From: Parasitella parasitica NRRL 2501
Taxonomy: Eukaryota > Fungi > Mucoromycota
DNA: 64,000 nt
Reading direction: 5' to 3'
Assembly (NCBI GenBank): GCA_025201805.1
Contig: MU619248.1
Location: 62,001 to 126,000, forward strand
A program made the position numbers and the translations under genes. Numbering within the stretch: the first letter of the stretch is position 1; every line of letters begins with the position of its first letter. Under the pieces are notes generated by a model. It did no database searches, had not been told where the DNA came from, and saw only the letters and a list, made by a program, of their open reading frames with translations. Shown here one piece after another: positions 12,347 to 25,955 of this stretch.

Positions 12347-15300
12347 TTAAGCAATCGCAGAAAGTACAATCTGAGAAATAGTTTCATCTTCGCTTCTCAC
12401 AGACATTTCAAAAGCAACACCGGAAGAAGAGTTGAACGTCATACGACATCTTGCCAATACCTTCTCGCCTGTCAAAAATGTACCTGCCATATTCAATGTA
12501 TGTACGTTGGGATTGCGTGGCAAAGAAGTGTCATCAAGAGGCTGCATGCCTAATAAATCTATAATGGCAGTACAGGCTGCTCGAAGACTGGGCGCCTTTT
12601 CGCGATCTAGCGCCAAAGTCTCTATTGCCTCACCTGGTGCGTATTTTTGAAATTCTTCCTCAAAATCGGACACGTACGTAGCGCGGATATAATCGCTTGT
12701 CAATAAATCAACTTCTTCGACCTGGTATTCATCCTCGTAGCCTTCCTCATCGGGTTCACCTGTAGTAGGATCGCAATCCTTGATAACGAATTTTAATGTG
12801 TTGGTGAATGATGCTAAAAGTGCATGAATGCGTGGAAGCATTAGCATGTTTGTTTGTGTGTGTATGTATATATGTCGTAGCTGTATTTTACTTACCAACG
12901 GGGAAATCGTCGACATCCTCTCTTTCGTAAGCAACGTAGATTTGTCCAGGAACGTCATACTCTAACTTGGGAGCAGGGATCTCCAACACGCGTACTAAGC
13001 CAGCATCCTCATCGTCGATTTGCATGATCATCTCGACATCTTCCAGTAACTGATCATTCAAGGTATTGACGCAGTTGAACTGGAAGACAATGTGCTTGGC
13101 AAAAGTGTGCTTGATGCAATGAATTGTGTATTCTGTCTCGCTTTCAGTAACCTCAATCTTTGCAGAGCTCTTGAACAGAGTGCCAAAAGCAGCAATTTCA
13201 GGTATGGCAGACAAGGCATCAGCATACGCAGCTTGTTGATCGAGTTGACTACTGGATTTGTGATCTGCTTGAGGTGTGGCGGGCGTAGATGAGGGATGAG
13301 GAGAAGATGTGACAACGGTGGTCAGATCTTGAGGTCTGTTGCGACGACGCTCCTCTTCCTCTTGAGATTTGCTGATGACAGGGACAGCTGATAGATTGAA
13401 AACTTTTGTAATGCTGCTTCCGAGGTTAACATACTCAACCAACTCACGCTCCAAGATGGGGAGGGCAAAGGTAGAATCGTCGACGCTGTAAAGCTTGGCC
13501 AGCTGCTCATTTTTTATCATTCCAAGAGCCAGCGTAGCACGATCGCGAACTTCATCGTCCACATCGTCTTGACAACGGGCCAGCAGGACCTTGACGCTCT
13601 GCTTGACACTGGCATCAGGGCAGTTGGTACCGAACTTGGAAAGAGCGCTGACGGCAGCACCGCGAATGATCGAGTTCTCGAGGATCACACGGTTATAAAT
13701 GTAGCGAATGTACTTTGTAGGCGTAGGCGTCTTGGGGCCTTCCGTTCCCAGCATGTGAAGGACGCGGACTGAAAGCTTTGTAAACTCACAATCCTCAATA
13801 AACTCGCACAAGTATGATAACGCTACATGGTACAGTGAATACCTGCTTTTTTCCACTTATTTAAGGAGGGGGAAGAAGTATGTACTTACCTGCATCCTTG
13901 GATTCAGGAATATGACGAACCATGTCAAAGATAGCTTCCACAACAGCCTTCTTGAACTCGTAGCCGCCCTCGTCACGCAGAACGCCACTCAAGAAGGTCA
14001 GCATCACAGCCTGCTTATTTGGGAACTTTATGCAAAGAGATCGAATAGCTTCCACGACAATGACTTTGAATTCGTCTGAAATCTCACCCATAAAGCTGGA
14101 AATTTGCTTCATCAAGCGATCGACAGATGCTTCGTTGCCCGTTTTGAGCAATGTTGTAATGGCAAAGGTGGCAATGCTACGATTTTGGTCAGAAACCAAG
14201 TTTTCAATGTCCAAATTACAGGGGGAGACTGCAGACGGCTTGGATAAAGCGAGAGTGTTCAAGATACGGATGGCAGCAAAACGCAATGTAGGCTTGGGAG
14301 AAGACAGGAAAAGCTGCAAGACTGAAAAAAAATAGATATGAATCATACCATTGTCACCCTCCTGGATAAAAACTTACCAGAAATGGCTGGGTAAAGCTCC
14401 TTGGCCGAGGCATCCTTCATTTCGCAGATGGCACGAGCAGCCTCTAAATTGACCATATCGCTCTTGTGTCTTAAATATCCTTCCAAAAGCTCGTAAATGC
14501 GCTTGGCAGATCTAGTACAAGCGTATTGTCAACATTCATAAACTTCACTTTTGCACAGTTGCACCACTTACGACGGATCTTCTTCCATCACCTTGCAAGC
14601 ATATCTGATCAAGATGCAAACAGCAGCAGGGTTCTTGAGAGTTCCACTGTTGCCGCCACGGCCACTGCCAGAGAAAGTTTGCACTAATTTGGCAACAGCC
14701 ATGCGATCTTGTTGACGAATAAGATACAGCAGACCGATAGCTTGATATTGTGCAATGCCGCTGGTGGAGACAACGACCTGGTTCTGCTGGGTAGAGCCGC
14801 CAAAGCTGGTAATGTAACTCGACGCAGTAGAAGCAAACCCACCAGACTGCTTGGCGTAAGCAGCTTCTTGTACTTCAGTTGCCCAACGGCGCACAATCTC
14901 CTTGGAAGCGCCAAACAAATGGTAGGATGAGACAAGAGCAGCGCCGGATACTGAGGGGTTTTTGTCGACAATAGAGGCCTTGATGATGCGCTCGATACCT
15001 TGAATCATAGAAGGGTCAGTAATGAGGCATAAGGCACGAATGGCATTGGCACGGTAGATGGTTTCCTGCTTGGATTGAATGTCCTTGATTAAGGACTGGG
15101 TTACCATGATCACATCCTGAGCGATTCCCGATAATTCTTTAATGACTAGATACATCATTTGTCTGAGCGAGGTCTACAAGCAAAGTTAGATACGACATGT
15201 AGCGTGCGCAAAAAAAAAAAACCATCCCTCTCCCCAATCGAGCTTACATCTTTGGACTGAAAGAGCTTGATCACATTGAAGAAAAGGTCGGTTGCTTCTT

Positions 15301-15540
15301 GCGAGTTGAAGGGCTCGCCCAAAGAAAGCAGATAGACGATCTTTGTCAGCAGTAGTCGACACTTTCTGACATTGATAGGCGAATCGTTGAAAGCGCGGGC
15401 TTCTTGCAGAACTGTAGACTTGTTAATTTGCGAAAAGACATTAACGTCTCCTATGTCACAGACAACATGAGTCTTGTTGGGTTCCTACCAAAGCTGCTTG
15501 CTTGCTTACCTGAATCTTCGTCTCTTTTGGCGTAGCTCAT
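12347..15540 (-). CDS. SEC21: Coatomer subunit gamma
   Basis: MSYAKRDE start; [54 protein letters not shown]; multiple introns. Confidence 0.97.
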
Positions 15541-15821
15541 CTGATCTTGTTGTAGCGAGATGTTTCGAGGATATTCAGTATAAAACAAGGAAATAGAGAG
15601 ATAGAAAGATAGAGAGAGAGAGAGAGAGAGAGGAAAAAGAAAGTACGTGATAAAGCAAGCCAACAACTTACTTTAACACGTCTGGGAGTGGTTAACATGA
15701 TGCTCAAGTACCACTGATTGGCTAGAAATACACCTGTTCAACGTCATGAAATTCCGTTGTAGGCACACATATTAAGCAAAATTTAAACGACAAAAGTTTT
15801 TTTTTTTTTTTTCACCACATA
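15541..15821. promoter_or_regulatory. Putative bidirectional promoter (SEC21/TCD-like) with a CCAAT box (ATTGG 15717-15721) and poly-T tract
   Basis: 281-bp divergent intergenic region; motif seen, function inferred. Confidence 0.4.
15610..15631. repeat. (GA)n microsatellite in the SEC21/TCD intergenic region
   Basis: Read directly. Confidence 0.9.
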
Positions 15822-17493
15822 ATGTCATTGTACCAAAAATTTGCAGATTCAGTGGGCCAGTTTGTTGAGAAACATCCCAAATCTGTCCAATTAACATTAA
15901 CTGCAGTAGCCGCCTCAGCGCTAACAGCATCCAGTATTCTCACATGGCAGGCTAATCAGCGCAAAAGCCGGGCAAAAACACTCAAAGACGAGCTCAAAGA
16001 TGCAGAACTTGGCAGAACGATTAATCTGACAGCTGTGGGCACTGTAAATATACCCGATCAGCCCCAAGTTTTACCTCCTCCCGCTATTTTCGACGACAGA
16101 TTGATCGAGGAGCAATTGAGTAAAAACACTGCATTCTTGGGCCAAAAGGGAGCAGGTAAAGTCAGGGATGCGTTTGTCGTCGTAGTGGGTGCCGGTGGTG
16201 TCGGCTCGTGGGCTGCTCTCATGCTGATGCGCTCCGGTGTAAAGCGAATCCGTATAATCGATTTTGACCAAGTGACATTGAGCAGTTTGAACCGCCACGC
16301 AGTCGCTACACTGGAAGATGTGGGCACTCCAAAAGTGAGGTGCATCAAGGCTCATTTCAAACAGATTGCGCCTTTTGTTCAAGTTGAAGACTGCATTGAT
16401 TTGCTGAACGCCGATAATGTAGATGCATTGTTGAGCGGCAAGTTGGCCACAGAACATATTATGTATACGTCAACTGACTTTTTTTTTATTTTATTTTACT
16501 CGCTAGGCAATCCTGACTATGTGATTGACGCAATCGACAATATCAACACCAAGATTGACCTGATAAAGTATTGCCATGATAAAAAGTTGCCTGTCATCAG
16601 CTCAATGGGTGCTGGTGCAAAGGCGGATCCATCCCGCATCCAAATTGCAGACATTAGCGAGACATTTGGTAGGCATGGGAGCTTTGATGTGTCAATCTAC
16701 ACCCACTCATATCCACGTACGTGTATATAGAGGACCCTCTTGCTCGTTCAGTGAGACAAAGACTCAAGAAATTGGGCATTTTGAACGGGGTTCCTGTTGC
16801 CTATTCGACCGAAAAACCACACCATGTCAAACTATTACCACTAGGTAAAATGAACATCCGACTCGACGTCGTGTACACAGGACTAATGCACTGGTTCGAC
16901 AGAGGAAGAAAAGATTGAAGACAGAGATGAATTTTCAGCACTACCAGACTTTAGAGCTCGTATTTTACCCGTACTTGGCACAATTCCAAGTATGTTTGGC
17001 ATGGCTATTGCCACATTTATTCTTTTGAAACTAGCAGATTATCCCGATTTTGATCCCCTGCCTGTCAAATTAAGAACTGGATTATATGGAAGGGTTCACA
17101 AGGAATTGCTGAATAGAGAGGCCAAGACATTCAATGAAAAGTGAGTGCCCTGATGATGACGAATAGTATGCTCATGCAGTCCCACCAACAACATAAAATA
17201 GAGTGTGCGCCCTGGACGTTCAAGATGTCGCCTACATATTTGAGGAGATGTGGCATGGCAAATCCGCCCTCTCCGGCCCCAACGATAAATTGGCATTGAC
17301 AAGATGGGACAAATCAAAGCCTTTGGGTTATTTAAACGTTGTTTGTTTGACGAGACAAGAAGCGGATGCGCACGACAGTTTGCAAGCCCATGTTGATCTT
17401 CAGGAGCATTACGGCAAAGAAGTCTATCAGCAGGTTTTGAATCATTTTGAACGCGAGAGATCTATTCAAAAAGCTTGGAATCATGTACTGTGA
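15822..17493 (+). CDS. tRNA threonylcarbamoyladenosine dehydratase (ThiF/E1-like, Tcd1/Tcd2 family)
   Basis: N-terminal TM anchor, VVVVGAGGVGSW, DFDQVTLSSLNRH, DAIDNI, SSMGAGAKADP, RILPVLGTIPSMFG; four introns, the first GC-AG (16438-16506). Confidence 0.93.
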
Positions 17494-18181
17494 TAGAAAT
17501 TCTGGATATTTTATAATATTAGAACCTAGTTGAATGAAATATAATTGTGTTTATAAAGAAAGTACTTGGGGAAAAGCTCAGAGAGTCTAATGATTTCATT
17601 GACGCCTTGTTGAGATCAACACTAGTGGATTTTGCTTTGCTATCCCCATCTTCTATGCTTTACACTTCCAATTCCACAGTTTCACACTCGATTAGCGAGA
17701 CTGGATTTCCAGTGGTACATTCATTAAAGCCCTCCTTTGTCTGTTAACACACTGCCTTTTCTTTAATACCGTTCTGGCCCACAACAGTCGTGCAACGCTT
17801 GTTTGGGATGAGGTGGCATTCCATATTATCATGGCATACATATGAGCTAAATAAAAATTGTAGGCTGTCTAAACTGGAATTTGAGTTTGCATCAGCTTTT
17901 CTTGGCGCTTCTTTCAGCACTTGAGAAGCAATCAGGCGGCATATAGACTTTGGCACAGACAAGTGTGCAGTCTAACGGGGAACTTCAAGCAAATGAAACT
18001 TGCGTGTAAAGAAGGGTAAATCCGGTTATTCATATGGAGAAAGCACAGCATCTTTTTTCCATCGAAATTACATTGCCCTCAATTGCTTTTCATATTGGCA
18101 AAGTTGAATTCCAACGGATCCACAGTGTTTTGTCGCTGTATACCAAAAAGGGTGTGTTTATTTATTACAAATTTAATGATT

Positions 18182-19016
18182 TTAAGCATCCTTGATCTTC
18201 TTGGTACCACGAAGGAGACCAGTGCGACGAGCAGCAATCAAACCGACCTTTTGACCAGCGGGAGAATCACGAGCCATAGTAGAGGCTTTACCAATATGTT
18301 GATGGTTACCACCACCGTGAGGATGGTCAACGGGGTTCATAGCAACACCACGGGTCTTGGGCCAGCTGTTGCGCTTGACTCTGTACTTGTGGAAAGCACG
18401 ACCAGCTTTCAAGAGAGGCTTATCGATACGACCACCACCAGCAACGATACCAATGACAGCACGGGAGGTGGAGGGAATAACCTTTTTGGAACCAGAGGGA
18501 AGACGGATACGAGTCTTACCATCATCACCATGGCCAATGATAGTGACATAGTTGCCAGAAGCACGGGCAATGGATCCACGATCACCAACCTTTTCCTCAA
18601 CATTACAGACAACGGTACCTTCGGGGACAGAGGCCAAAGGCATGACATTACCAATGTTCAAAGTAGCCTTCTTACCGGCATAAATGAATTGGCCAGTGTA
18701 CATACCTTCAGTGGCAATGAAAGTCTCGGTACGGAGCTTGTACCTTGATGTTGAACTGTCAGTATCCGCTGCTACATGTCCAACAAAAAAAAAACAATAA
18801 AAAACACACTTACTTGTAGGGATCACGGAAGACAACCTTAGCGAGAGGAGCACCTCTTCCAGGATCGTGGACAATGTCTTTGACGATACCACGGACGTAA
18901 CCATGACGCTCAGCAAAGTCGAAAACTCTGAGCTTGGCGGCGCCTTTACGGCCAACAGTGTGAGACTTGAAGATACTTCCAGCACCTTTTCTTTGAGCAC
19001 GAATGACGCGACCCAT
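18182..19016 (-). CDS. RPL2: 60S ribosomal protein uL2 (L2/L8)
   Basis: [11 protein letters not shown] start, [29 protein letters not shown]; one coding intron (~18813-18744) and a probable 5'UTR intron (~19266-19029). Confidence 0.98.
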
Positions 19017-19406
19017 TTTAAATCAAATCTACACAATATAAATTTTGGTTTTTAGAACGTCTGCATCTTTGCCATATTCAATGTATTTTTTTTTTTTTTT
19101 TTTTTTTGCAAGTATGGAAAGTTTGAGCGAAAGAAACATTGGGCACATCCACAATTAACATCCATCTGTTTTTCTAATCCATAGCTGTATCAGTGCATGC
19201 ATCCATATCTCTGTTTCTATCGTCGGAACTTTCATTGCTAGATACATCTTTGATATGAATACTAACCCTTAATTAGGTGTAGGGAGGAGAAGAGAAGGTT
19301 TGCACATTGCAGAGAGTAGGCTTGCTCTAAGATCTGTTGAACTCCGGGCATCTAAATGATAAGTGACAGACTTCCGACCCGAAGCCCTCCATTTACTCTT
19401 GGTTCT

Positions 19407-19461
19407 NNNNNNNNNNNNNNNNNNNNNNNNNNNNNNNNNNNNNNNNNNNNNNNNNNNNNNN
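19407..19461. other. Assembly gap (55 N)
   Basis: Run of n; lies just upstream of the 19475 ORF, whose true start may be hidden. Confidence 1.
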
Positions 19462-19474
19462 TTTCTTTTGGGCA

Positions 19475-20110
19475 ATGCAACGGCAGCAAATCCAAGACAG
19501 AACAGCCAGTTTTGCCATACTTGGCAAAGCACAAGTGCTATGTAATACATGGCTCCGTTTGCAGTCTAAATCGCTATCATTGCTACAGTCAGTTATCAAC
19601 ATTATCGCTCAAAGAGCTGCGACATTTGAGCAGCCAACGACATTGGAACAGCATGGCGTTGACATGTCTCGTCTTATTTACAAACAGACAGCGTCGCTCG
19701 AGACTCTGATAGGAAATCTCGGGTCTGTAATGGAATTGTTTGAAAAAGTAACGAGAGATTGGTCTCAATTAGATCTGGAGGCAACTCGACATGTAGCCAA
19801 ATTCACAGCCCCACCAGAGACAAAGCCTGTGCCATTATCAACAAATTCGCTTATCCAAGTCACCTCGCTAACGCCTTTCCAGGTGCAAGACACCATTTCT
19901 AGATTAGCCTACATGTACCAGCAAGAATTCCGCTACAAATCAGCATTAATTTCCACATTGCAATCCAATGCATCCAGCCAAGATCAGATGCAGCAACTGT
20001 CAGATCATTGGGATGCGCAGACACATATCGACACTGCGCTGCAAGATGATGTATACGAAAGAATCCAGCTGTACAAGACAGTTAAAAGAGTCCTTGAATC
20101 AGCAGATTAA
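19475..20110 (+). CDS. C1orf109/AIRIM (or CINP)-like helical protein
   Basis: Intronless 211-aa ORF; W...L.S..N...Q, RLIYKQ...LE..I..LG and Y.QE..YK..LI..L...W motifs resemble human C1orf109 as recalled from memory. Confidence 0.6.
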   Translation: MQRQQIQDRTASFAILGKAQVLCNTWLRLQSKSLSLLQSVINIIAQRAATFEQPTTLEQHGVDMSRLIYKQTASLETLIGNLGSVMELFEKVTRDWSQLDLEATRHVAKFTAPPETKPVPLSTNSLIQVTSLTPFQVQDTISRLAYMYQQEFRYKSALISTLQSNASSQDQMQQLSDHWDAQTHIDTALQDDVYERIQLYKTVKRVLESAD

Positions 20111-20126
20111 CCCGCTTTTTATTGCT

Positions 20127-23100
20127 CTAATATTTTACATTGAAAACTCTAACGGCATGGTCTTCGCCGCCAGAGGCCAGCTGCAGCATGTTGGTTTCAT
20201 TAGGAGAGGGTTGGCGCCATGAGAGAGATCGAACAACACCGTGGTGGCAGAGCCTATGCAATTTGGTTTTAATAAAAATGATACCCTTCCATGTGAATGC
20301 AAAAGCAATTACCTTTCGTCTAAATTGTGCCATAATTCCCACTGATCCACTTGCTGTAAATCTGCACTCGATAGCAGCTGAATACGGCCGTTTTCCAAAC
20401 CAGCAGCAATGATATATCTAAATCAAACAGTAAATATGCTGTTCTTACAGTCTTTTGCTAGTAGCTTATTACTTGTTGTTGACAGCAACAGGTGCGAAAT
20501 CAATAGATGTAACGGCTTCTGCACATTTGATAGTTGCAACGCAATCCCACTTTGCAGCTTCTTCAGCGACACTGGCCTGAGCCCATATCTTGATGGTTTT
20601 ATCGCGAGAACCAGTTACGAACAATCTGTCGTCATGGCTCCAAGAGCAATCCCAGATAATACGAGCGTGAGCCTTGGTTTTGGCTACCAATTTATAGGGT
20701 GTGTCTACACTATCTGCTTGCCGTTCTGACAACGACCACAAACGATCTCTGGAAACAGTGAGCAGCCAGCGGTCGTTATGAGAATATCTAACTCTGGTGA
20801 CAGTCAGAGCATGGGCGTCGATCTTTGTCTTGACTTCCTTCCAGTTTTGAGTGTCAAATAGACGGACAACAGCGTGTTCTGCAGTAGCAGCCTTACAGCT
20901 GGAGGCTATATATCTACCATCATGGGAAGTCCCAACGCTGATGAGTTCGTAGCCATGGCCGTATAGTTTCTCGGCTTCGGGCCAAAGCGTACGCTGTAAT
21001 AGGGTTTCTTCGTAAGGCGGGTGGTGCAATACTTGAGCGAGTTGCTGGGGAGTAGAAGAGGCCACCGTATAAGAGTCAAAATTGCCACCAACTTGATCGT
21101 CAGGAAGAGCATCACCTTCGAAAACAGCCTTGTTCGAAAGGCCGAGGGCAGGCAAATTAGCACCCACAGGCAATTGGTTGACATTCTCTAGCATGCTCTT
21201 GTCGTCGGTAAGACTAGACAAGCTTTCCACACATGATCTAGGGGCGTCAAACACACGAAGCACCTTTTCATCAGCACCGCTCACGAATTGCCAAGGATGC
21301 ACAAAGGCTATGCATTTGATGTCATAGCCATGGACTTGAGGGCGGCCCATCTCGTGCCATGAAGTTACAGCTTGGCCATCGACTTGTCTGTTCCATGGAG
21401 CAAACAATCTAGTAGTTTGATCCAAACTAGCTGACAGCAAGAAGTTTGATTTGGGGTCCCATGCTATACTCTCAACAGATTTGAAATGGCCACTGATTGC
21501 AACCTGGGGAGTCCAATGGTTATCTTTTCCCTCTCGCCACAAATGGAAAGAGCCATTCGCTCCGTGAGAGACGATGCTTTTGCCGTCAGGACTGAACAGG
21601 GCGCCACAGAAGCCCAGATACGTGCTCCCACCAATATCACCCATACGCACATTATTTACCCAGACACCAGTTTGATTATCAGGACTCCAGATCATCATGG
21701 ATTTGTCGCTGGAAGCTGAGATTAAGCGCATAGGTTGAATGAAGCGGCTTTTGCCGTTGACAGTCTGCATACGAGGCTTTTGCCACTCGACGCTGAAAAC
21801 CCAATCATCGTGTCCCATAAGCAGCGCCTCAAACATGAGTGAGTATTGTTTGTCGCCTACTGCGACCAGGTGTGCTTTTGTGCTCAATTGTTCACCCTCT
21901 CTTATAAAAAAAAAAAAAAAAAAAAGTCAGCATACATTTACTCATATAATACCAATACTACTCCATACAATTCACTCTCTTTCAACGCTTCAGACAATTC
22001 GCTAATCTCGGTGTCTTGCAAATCGGCTGTTTTCTTGGATGCGGCTGGGACGTGTGCTGAAATTTTCCACAAACGAATGTATTTGTCCTGACTTGCACTA
22101 GCCAAAACCAAATCACCCTCCTGAAAGATATTGTTCTCATGTGCATTTTCTTCAGAGACGGTGTATGTAGCGAATGAAAGATCCCGAACCCAGTTATCAT
22201 GGCCTGTGAGGGTATGCATCTTTTCGTATTGCTTGGATTCCGCTTGATAAATGTAGATTGAGATCAGTTTGTCTGTATGTCCACTAGCAAACACGGGAGC
22301 TACAAAGCAAAAGCTTTTAACAATCAAAGCCGCACCAACACTATTACCTCACCTACTTTTGCTGTTGGGAAGATAGGACAGTGCCAAAGACATGGGGTAT
22401 TTGTTGCCGTTATTGATAATTTGTCGACATACAACCTCGTCTAGTTGTAAATCTGTTAGAATCATGCAAAATAACCACAGAGCAAGCCAGAAAAATTCAC
22501 CTGTGTTATCATCCACAACACGACGCTCCCAAACACGAATGCTTCCATCTGATGACCCAGTGACGATACTGTCTGTGTCTCCCTCGATCGAATGCGCACG
22601 CATACATGCGATCGTTTCCACTGCTCCTGTGTGGCCCGACAGAGTTGCCGAGTTGATCCACTATACAACAAACGTCAACGTTAGCTGTGATTTCTCCGCA
22701 ACCTAAAAGACAAACCTTGCCCTCAGCATTGATTTTCCAAATCTTGGCTGTGTTATCTGCAGAGCCAGAGACTAAGGCTACATCTTTGATATCGGCTTCA
22801 TGGCCTACGTATTCATTTTAAATAAACAATACTGTGTATTTGGTGCTGCGATGAACTGCAACTTGCCTCTTTCGATAAACTTTAGGCAGATGACACGGCC
22901 GTTGTGTCCCGGAAGGGTCTGTTGGACACCTTTGCTATTTCGATCCTATTTGTTTATTATGTTATACGGTGTTAAGATATGTGGGCAATATCGACCATGT
23001 TATGCTTTTACCAAAGGTGAATAGAGCGCAACCAAGGTGTCAGCACCGAATGCGACAATGCCATCGTTACCCCAGCATGCTGCATGTGCTGTTCTGTTGC

Positions 23101-23137
23101 AACCCACAGAGATATATTCAGAACTGACTTGAACCAT
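20127..23137 (-). CDS. ELP2: Elongator complex protein 2 (WD40)
   Basis: MVQVSSEYISVGCNR start; EALLMGHDDWV, HEMGRPQVHGYD, GANLPALGLSNKA, LWPEAEKLYGHGYE, HARIIWDCSW; several introns. Confidence 0.96.
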
Positions 23138-23476
23138 AGTAATATAAAGTTTGGATGTGGAACAGTTGAAAAATGTTGTGCTTTAAACCCTCTCAGCATT
23201 ATTTTATGTGGCTTGGTAGGTTAACTGTACCACTGTATAAATTGCATGGCTCCAAAATGAGGCAACCGTAACCATAGCATACCTTAGAGTTAAAACGATT
23301 TCCTGGCAATCATTCTATCTGAGGCATTTCAATAATTCATCTTTTAAACGAAACATTTATAGCGAGACTAGATCAATTGTAACATTTCATACACATATAA
23401 TACTTTCTCTATTATAAATCCTTCTTTTCATACATAAAAATCCAATACGCATTGTTACAATTTTATGTCGAATTCT

Positions 23477-25212
23477 TTATTTATGGACGGCACTCCTCTC
23501 TAAATCTGTAAATTGAACGACATGGCTCAAATAATCTTTATGCTTGGCCAAATCAGGTTCACAAATTAAATCCAACCCAGTAGAAGAATACTCGGCCATC
23601 ATTTCCCCAAACGGCTTGTTTTGTAAAGCAAACTTGGCTAATAGAGCGCCACCCAAACTAGCGCCGTTCATCCCTTTTTGTCGATACACAGGCAAGCCAA
23701 AAATGTTAGACAAGACCTGCAAGATATGTAGATTCGCAGCAGCACCACCAGAAGCCAATATACGCTTAACGTTGTCGCCACCCATACGTCCAAGCCTGAT
23801 CTTCATAGACATAAATTGAGATTCCACAATAGCTTTGACATTCACTGCTTTATCGCTAAAATCTTTCACAGGGTTGTTCTTATCAAATCGATAAATTCCT
23901 TTGGCGAATGGAATAATTTCCTGCATCCAGTAATAGAAGCCCGTGCAGTCATTCAAGATGGCTTCTTTGTTGACAAGATAATCGTTGAACAAGTCCCAGC
24001 TGCTTTCGGCGTACTTGTCTCTTATGAATTCACGAGCTAATGATCCATTTTTGTAGCAAAGCATGCCCATAAAACCTTCGCGGTCTGTTGGGTGAGCCAT
24101 CAAATGTGATTCAGTAGTGGTGGCAGCTCCTTTCTTCAGGTAGACAAGAACAGTGTCTGATGTACCCAGAGAAACAACGCAATCTCCCTCACTCAAGTTC
24201 ATTGAGACCAATGTTGCCGAATTATCACCTGTAAAAGGCATGATTTTACACTCTAAAAATTTGATACCTAAGTACAGCTGTTTGTTATTCAATCTTGGCC
24301 ATCTCTACCTGGATCAAATCCGTATCTCTTGACGTAATAATTGCTGATATTGCCAAGCACAGTGCCGCCCTCTACAGGTTGTTTTGCCAATTTTTTTGCC
24401 AAATCCTCGCCGCCGCATTGTTTCAATAGCTTGTCATCCCACTTGTGAGAGTCGATATTCATCATGTTTGTTCCGGAGCCTTCCGCTGCATCGACAGGAC
24501 TGAACTCACCTAATAAAAGAGCTGCTAATAATGAGCTTACAAGGCTAATGCGAGTAGTTTGATCATAAGCATTTCTATTTTGATGGTAAATCTATACGGT
24601 TTTAGTAATTTCCATGATAACGGTTCTCCTTTTCATTTTTTTACCTTGGCAATTTGATTTCCAGTAAATCTTTCATATGCTTTTGAGCCTGTCAGTTTGG
24701 CTAATTCTGCAGGACCGCCAACCAAGTTCTCCAAGGCGCGACACTCGGTTGTTGTGCTGGCATCTTGCCAAATAGGTGATTGATTTATGGAAAAAGCCTC
24801 CTTTAGCTGATCCGAAAGAGTAGCTTTATCATCTAGTTGAGATAAACTTTCGATACCAGACTTGCTCCAGTATACACTTCCATGTTGCTATGCGAGTACC
24901 GAGTTTTAATAGCTACTCAACAAAGCCCATTACTAATCTAGTTACCTGACCAGCGCCTGAAATACCTCTGATAGAACCAATGTAGGGTGTCTCCTTTAGC
25001 GCTTGCATCATCAAGTCCATGGCCTTGACCCACATCAGTGTAGGGGAAGTAACTACATTATTGTTCACAATAGCACCGTGCCTTGTCTTGAATTCAGGCA
25101 GATCCCGGTCAAAATTCACTGCGTTTTCCCAGATAATGTCATGTTTTTCATTGATGAGCGTGCATTTGAACTGCTGTGTAGATAAATCGAGTCCCAAATA
25201 GTAGGCTTCCAT
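23477..25212 (-). CDS. XKS1: Xylulokinase (FGGY family)
   Basis: YLGLDLSTQQFK, ISGAGQ-QHGSVYW, FTGDNSAT, VSLGTSDT, MGMLCYKNGSLARE; three introns. Confidence 0.95.
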
Positions 25213-25955
25213 TGTGGTTTAAAGCAAAGTAAAGAAAGGAAAGAAACAAATGTGCAGGTTTTATTTTATAGCTTGATGCTAAACTTGTACGCCCTGAACC
25301 CCAGCTGTTTTACCCGATTGGCAAATATCCATTTTACTTTTATGGATTGCATATTCTCCGGGCTTTTATGGATAACATGTGCCGTACATTCAAATGATGC
25401 TGTATTTTCTCTTTTCTTGGGTATTTAGCGTAAAACACTGGCATTATTACCTGACCTAGAAATGATGAAGGCAAATATAGAATGTCAATGGACTACTTTT
25501 GATTCTACAGATTAAACATGTGTATGGTAAAATGTGATAATACTTACAAGCGTATACCTGTACATCTGTGTCCAAATTAGTCTCTTGTGATTTAGAGTAT
25601 TAGTATCCCGTGATAATTGAGTGTCACTAGAAGCATTACTTCTTCTTAAAAAGACAATCGCTATATTGGCTTTCTTTATAAAATCACTCTCGTTAAAATT
25701 TTAAGAAATGCCCCAACAGCAGGCCCGATTTACATGTAATATCCCCATCAGCTTCTAGTTGGCGTTGCCCTGGCCTTAGATAATCAGCTGGTAGATGCTC
25801 CATTCTGAATTAACAAAATCAATATGATGGATGATTCCACCAACGGACCCTTAATTATCTTTCCAGAAGCAGGATATAAAATCATCATCCAGACACACAA
25901 ATTACTGTTTTCTTCTTTTCTTCTCCACCTGTGTTTTAGAAGCAACAATAATACA

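Noticed and set aside
17547-17962. Small gene between TCD-like and RPL2
   Set aside because: Non-ATG starts, internal stops on the minus strand and no recognisable motif; at best a relic.
19029-19266. Intronic snoRNA in the RPL2 5'UTR intron
   Set aside because: No convincing C/D box pair or H/ACA hairpins seen on the sense strand.
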